DNA of 64,000 bases from a virus, in the IMG/VR virus record IMGVR_UViG_3300028388_006015, positions 11,148 through 75,147 of that record. One strand, written 5' to 3'. Made by a program: the position numbers and the translations under genes. The notes below the pieces were generated by a model. It was not told where the DNA came from, ran no database searches, and saw only the letters and a program-made list of their open reading frames with translations. Numbering within the stretch: the first letter of the stretch is position 1; the number at the start of each line of letters is the position of its first letter. Positions 59,972 to 64,000 of the stretch are shown one piece after another.

Positions 59972-60120
59972 GATATAAAGATCTGACTTATTTACCGTAT
60001 AGGCAACAATTAAGTCAAATTTTTTCAATTTTTTTTCGACCATCTTTTTGGCCGCTTTTGTTGATATAAAGATACGCTAAGATCTCGTCGTAGGCAACAG
60101 TTGATTAAAATTTTTTTAAA
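59972..60120 (-). promoter_or_regulatory. two tandem promoters TGTTGCCTA-N17-ATCTTTATATC with upstream A-tracts
   Basis: Identical boxes and spacing at 59972-60008 and 60063-60099 (91 bp period). Confidence 0.7.
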
Positions 60121-60132
60121 TTATGTGCAGAA

Positions 60133-61917
60133 TTAACTTGGCACGACACGATAGTATAATGAGTCACTAACTTCATACTCCGAATACTCGTTGTCTTGAG
60201 GTGCTATTTGTTTAGTGTCTTTTTTATCTTTCATCCAAGGACTAACTGGATGGTCGTCTGCATATTTTAATCCTGCAGGAAGCTTAGGTCTCATTCCCCA
60301 TATTTGATTTCTAATTTGCTGAGGTGTTGTTCTGCGCTTTGTTGATGCTACCTCGATATAATAATTATCGTTGATCTTTCTCACATCCTCAGTAACATCT
60401 CTTAATACATATCCATCACTATCAACATTAAGCTTGTCTAGTTCTTTGCCGAATCGTTCAATTTTATCCTCAAACGTTCCACCTCCTTTTTCTGAAGGAA
60501 TATCTATTCCAAGATTGCCATACGCTAAGTGCACAGCATTCTCAACAGGACTTCCTGCGCGACCTGTTAATTTTTTAGCAGCTTCTTTATATGCTGGTGG
60601 TAATTGCTTTTCTCCTCCCTCAAACGACATAACATACATCCCTCTACGACGTACAACTAAACTTCCCGGCACTCCTGCATACAGATATGGAGCAACAAAC
60701 ACTTTTCCTTTATCCACTAAAGATTGCACGGTTTTGGGCCAGGTTGATTTGTCATCTATGTATGAATCAGGCTCAGCCTGTGCACCTCCATATATTCCAC
60801 CAGAATGAATGGTATCAAGAAATTGCTGTTCACGCTTAGTTAGGCCTGTCTCAGTCTTCTGCTGTTTCTTCTTTTCAGGCTTTGGTGACGATGTTGTTTG
60901 TTTTGCTTTAACTCCTTTCGTCGCAGTATACACGTGACTGTAATGCATTCCAAGATCTTTGGCAATATCTGCCTTCTTATGTCCCAGTTCGTGCAGAATT
61001 CTCGCACCTTCACTTTTATTAACATATCCCTCGTCGATCATTCCATTGATCATTCCGCGCACATCTTCATCTGTCATCTGTACAACAAAACTCGGATCTT
61101 GTAATTCCTCGGCACCGGCCTGTGCCTCGTGACCTGCATGTTTAGCAATTGCGTCAAGAATAGGTACTGCTTTTGCACCTGCTTGTTGATTAACGTTTTT
61201 TGGACCTTCTTGTTGTGCAATCGTTTGAAGCTCTTGATTAATTACTTGAATTCGAGTGCCTATTAACGCTTTGCCTGCAGGAGTTAGGTTTTTAAGTTGT
61301 TTCGAAACATTGTTGAGGTCAGCTCTCATCTCTTCCAGTTTACCTTTAGATGCTGCTGTCACAAGTTTTGCAAAAGCACTGCTCGACATAGCGAATGGAT
61401 GATCTTTATCATATACGCTTTTTAGTGTGCGCTTAGTAGACATGCCACTATCTGGATGAACAGGTACATACTGACCGGTTCTTTTTTGAGGCTTAGGACG
61501 CGATTTTTTGCGATGTGCTTGATTTCCAGGAACGTCAGGATCATTTCCAGGTGTATGTGTAATGTCTGACTCCAACATTGCAATCTTTTGCTTCAGGCCA
61601 TCAACAACAGCCGGATCTTGCTGATATAGCGGCTTCTTTTGATAACTTGCAAGTTCTTTGTGAGCGCGATGTAGTTCATCATTCAGTGATGCGTTTTTCC
61701 CAGAAGTACTTCCTTTATAAGGACGCCACCCTTGAGCGGTCTTGATTACTTTTTTGCCACCATGAGTTGAAATGGTGCCAATAGGTTTTCCTTTGCCGCC
61801 CTTAATAATGTCGTCAGGATACAACACGTCATCTTCGTCTGAAGTATTGGAAAATGATTTGTAGATATTAGCGATGCGCTGTTTATTGATGTTGAGGATA
61901 TCATCAAAATGATCCAT
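60133..61917 (-). CDS. putative internal head protein with shared tag and HTH
   Basis: RIANIYKSF leader, IIKG-GKGKPIGTISTHGGKKVIKTAQGW, internal NKSEGARILHELGHKKADIAKDLGMHYSHVY. Confidence 0.65.
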   Translation of the reverse strand: MDHFDDILNINKQRIANIYKSFSNTSDEDDVLYPDDIIKGGKGKPIGTISTHGGKKVIKTAQGWRPYKGSTSGKNASLNDELHRAHKELASYQKKPLYQQDPAVVDGLKQKIAMLESDITHTPGNDPDVPGNQAHRKKSRPKPQKRTGQYVPVHPDSGMSTKRTLKSVYDKDHPFAMSSSAFAKLVTAASKGKLEEMRADLNNVSKQLKNLTPAGKALIGTRIQVINQELQTIAQQEGPKNVNQQAGAKAVPILDAIAKHAGHEAQAGAEELQDPSFVVQMTDEDVRGMINGMIDEGYVNKSEGARILHELGHKKADIAKDLGMHYSHVYTATKGVKAKQTTSSPKPEKKKQQKTETGLTKREQQFLDTIHSGGIYGGAQAEPDSYIDDKSTWPKTVQSLVDKGKVFVAPYLYAGVPGSLVVRRRGMYVMSFEGGEKQLPPAYKEAAKKLTGRAGSPVENAVHLAYGNLGIDIPSEKGGGTFEDKIERFGKELDKLNVDSDGYVLRDVTEDVRKINDNYYIEVASTKRRTTPQQIRNQIWGMRPKLPAGLKYADDHPVSPWMKDKKDTKQIAPQDNEYSEYEVSDSLYYRVVPS

Positions 61918-61941
61918 GAGAATGGTATTTATATTAAACAA

Positions 61942-62448
61942 TTATAATTTTGAAAGAGCTTTGGCATGACCATTTAACGACTGTCTCCAGTAATCGTCTG
62001 TTTTTTGTTCAATCCACGAATATTCGTCCGTATCTCTTAAATTACCAACTTTATTAGAATGCTGCTTGAATCGATTCTTCCAAGCATCAGAATCACGCTT
62101 AGGCTTTGTTTTTTTTATCGTAGAGCTTGTGTCTTTACCACTTTTATGAGCAGCAACGAGTTGATTTATAACATCAATACTAACGCCATGATGTTTAGCT
62201 GTTAATTCGACTTTTTGCCCATAAGTACGCTCAGATTTATCTTTGCTCTCAGTATGTGGTTTCCATCCTTGCGCAGTCTTTATCACTTTTTTACCACCGT
62301 GCGTACGAATCGTACCAACTGGAAGAGCTCTTGCTTTTTCAATGGAATCACCACCATCATCTTCGTTTGGTGAAGTGTTGATGAATGACTTGTAAATATT
62401 GTTGATTCGATTGCGATTGGTATTGAAGATTTCGTCAAAAGAACTCAT
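61942..62448 (-). CDS. putative internal head protein with shared tag
   Basis: RINNIYKSF leader, IEKA-RALPVGTIRTHGGKKVIKTAQGW; probable start 62448. Confidence 0.6.
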   Translation of the reverse strand: MSSFDEIFNTNRNRINNIYKSFINTSPNEDDGGDSIEKARALPVGTIRTHGGKKVIKTAQGWKPHTESKDKSERTYGQKVELTAKHHGVSIDVINQLVAAHKSGKDTSSTIKKTKPKRDSDAWKNRFKQHSNKVGNLRDTDEYSWIEQKTDDYWRQSLNGHAKALSKL

Positions 62449-62520
62449 TGTTAATGTATTTTGTGAAGTTAAAATGCGAACAGTAAAGCTCATAAAAAAA
62501 TACACAAAAATCAATTAGGG

Positions 62521-63678
62521 CTAATTAATTAAATTTGAGATTAACTCATCGCTATATAAAAATCTACTCACTATGTCTCGAGCACTACTATCTTCTCTTA
62601 TGTATTTATTTTCTTGAAGAGCTTCTACTATAATGTCGAAAAGAACTTCCTTCTCCCACTCAAAGAAAAACACATTGACTATTGAGCGAGTGTCGAGTGA
62701 TGTTCTTCGATCAGTTGGAAGGCGAGTATCAGATTGTAATGCGAAAAATGAATGTCGATTTTCATTATTGGTCGTATTGTGTTCTATGAAGTCTTTATAC
62801 GACTTAAACCAATTAGGCTGCTGAAGAATGAATTGTGTGACATTATGTTCTACCTCATCTAGATCAAAATGATTCCTCATGCCGTACAGCGCAATTGTGT
62901 GTTTGACAAATGCATGTATGACGCCTTGATGATACTTGGCACAACTTTCATATATCAACTCTGAACGACCTGCAGGATTCTCTAGTATACGAAACTCATT
63001 ATCGCCTGTAATATCACCACCATCATTGTCAGAAGGAATGCTGTAATGAAAAGATTCATCATCACCTAACACAAAGCCATGCTCCCTTTCACTAGAGAAC
63101 ACTCGAGTCATTGCTTTAAATGGCGGTCTTTGATTTAATCCGTCACGTTCGCTCATTGATGCGTCAATGAATCTGCAACGATTATTGGGCTGCATTGTAA
63201 ATTGGCCGTTATCGAGTTTAATGAAGTTAAACGACTTATGTTCGGGATGATCTTCACTAAGGCCTGTATTGAGAATGTCATTTGTATTTCCGGCACAACT
63301 GTCAACAGTAAATAAGTATTCGCCACTCAATCTCTTATCGTCATTGAATTGCACAAAAGTACTGCTTCCTTTAATGAAGTCAATAACATGGACGTTTATG
63401 TAATAGCTGAAACAGTCCCATAATTGTAATTCGTGCTGAGGCAGATGTGCTATTTGTTGTATGGTGTCTTTCCATCGAAACGCAGCTATTGGCAACTTAT
63501 CGTACAGTGCGCTATATTTGGGAATCCATGCACTAAACTGAAACGAACGGCCTGGAATACTTTTGATATTGACAATGAGACAATCTAATGCCTCGTGCTT
63601 TTCGTCAAAAGTGCCATCAAGATATGATTTGAGAACCTTTGCTCTTATAATTGGAATATTGCTATTTAAAAAAGCCAT
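62521..63678 (-). CDS. conserved-type phage hypothetical protein with C-terminal extension
   Basis: LPIAAF, LQLWDCFS, GEYLFTVD, LDNGQF..QPNNR resemble a widespread aquatic-phage family of unknown function (recognised from memory). Confidence 0.6.
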   Translation of the reverse strand: MAFLNSNIPIIRAKVLKSYLDGTFDEKHEALDCLIVNIKSIPGRSFQFSAWIPKYSALYDKLPIAAFRWKDTIQQIAHLPQHELQLWDCFSYYINVHVIDFIKGSSTFVQFNDDKRLSGEYLFTVDSCAGNTNDILNTGLSEDHPEHKSFNFIKLDNGQFTMQPNNRCRFIDASMSERDGLNQRPPFKAMTRVFSSEREHGFVLGDDESFHYSIPSDNDGGDITGDNEFRILENPAGRSELIYESCAKYHQGVIHAFVKHTIALYGMRNHFDLDEVEHNVTQFILQQPNWFKSYKDFIEHNTTNNENRHSFFALQSDTRLPTDRRTSLDTRSIVNVFFFEWEKEVLFDIIVEALQENKYIREDSSARDIVSRFLYSDELISNLIN

Positions 63679-63695
63679 ATTATTTGTTTTAAACG

Positions 63696-63734
63696 ACGAA
63701 GGGAGAAATTAACATTTGCTAATCCTCCCTTCGT
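63696..63734 (-). terminator. inverted repeat after HU gene
   Basis: ACGAAGGGAG (63696-63705) / CTCCCTTCGT (63725-63734). Confidence 0.5.
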
Positions 63735-63781
63735 TAAACCTAAACAGACGTATGAAAAAACTTACCTATGACGTATACGCT

Positions 63782-64000
63782 TTACAGGTGTTTGTTGTTC
63801 TCCTTCACACTGTCTTTGAGACGGCGAGAAGACTTGAACTTAACCATGTGAGTGGCACCTACTTCAATTTCTTCTCCTGTATGAAGGTTGCGTCCTTTAC
63901 GGGCCTTACGAATGAGAATGTTGAATTGACCGAGACCGTCAATGGCAAGGTTATTGCCTTCTGCCAGGTTTTCGTTGATCGAGTCGACAAATGCATTGAT
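63782..64000 (-). CDS. hup: HU/IHF-family DNA-binding protein, 5'-truncated
   Basis: Manual translation ..LAEGNNLAIDGLGQFNILIRKARKGRNLHTGEEIEVGATHMVKFKSSRRLKDSV..; not in the ORF track. Confidence 0.9.
   Translation of the reverse strand: MNAFVDSINENLAEGNNLAIDGLGQFNILIRKARKGRNLHTGEEIEVGATHMVKFKSSRRLKDSVKENNKHL

Noticed and set aside
1-64000. Stop-codon reassignment, tRNA genes, integrase or host genes
   Set aside because: Genes are full length and densely packed under the standard code; no cloverleaf or integrase was recognised in the short intergenic gaps (manual reading only)

Overview
A 64 kb segment of a large lytic myovirus. Essentially every real gene lies on the minus strand. The structural module is SPO1/Herelleviridae-like. 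The host is very probably Bacteroidetes, judging from TTG-N20-TAnnTTT promoters, A-rich starts without SD, Q-rule signal peptides and Flavobacterial-type repeat domains. In transcription order (right to left): HU; a cluster of probable head-packaged proteins sharing a short tag and Phi-x-K-[AGS] sites, including a zincin and an AAA ATPase with a class-3 intein; an Ig-like protein; three signal-peptide genes led by a ~2400 aa repeat-rich fibre; a holin-like gene; portal; a TM-PAS protein; a spanin-like protein; MuF; a ParB-Nudix fusion; protease-scaffold; major capsid (split by an exact 41 bp tandem duplication); neck, sheath, tube, chaperones, tape measure, baseplate and tail fibre; then DnaQ, TerL, DnaB and primase; a 7-deazaguanine cluster (QueD, QueE, FolE, dUTPase-fold protein, DpdL-like, NMP kinase, DpdA/TGT-like; no QueC in the window); a histone-like protein; and DnaE running off the left edge. 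The strongest novelty candidates are a Sec-exported fibre plus lectin module packed with Bacteroidetes O-glycosylation sequons, a modular capsid-cargo tagging system, a candidate pre-replicative 7-deazaguanine pathway, and a holin-like TM-PAS sensor. All calls come from manual motif reading; no database searches were run.
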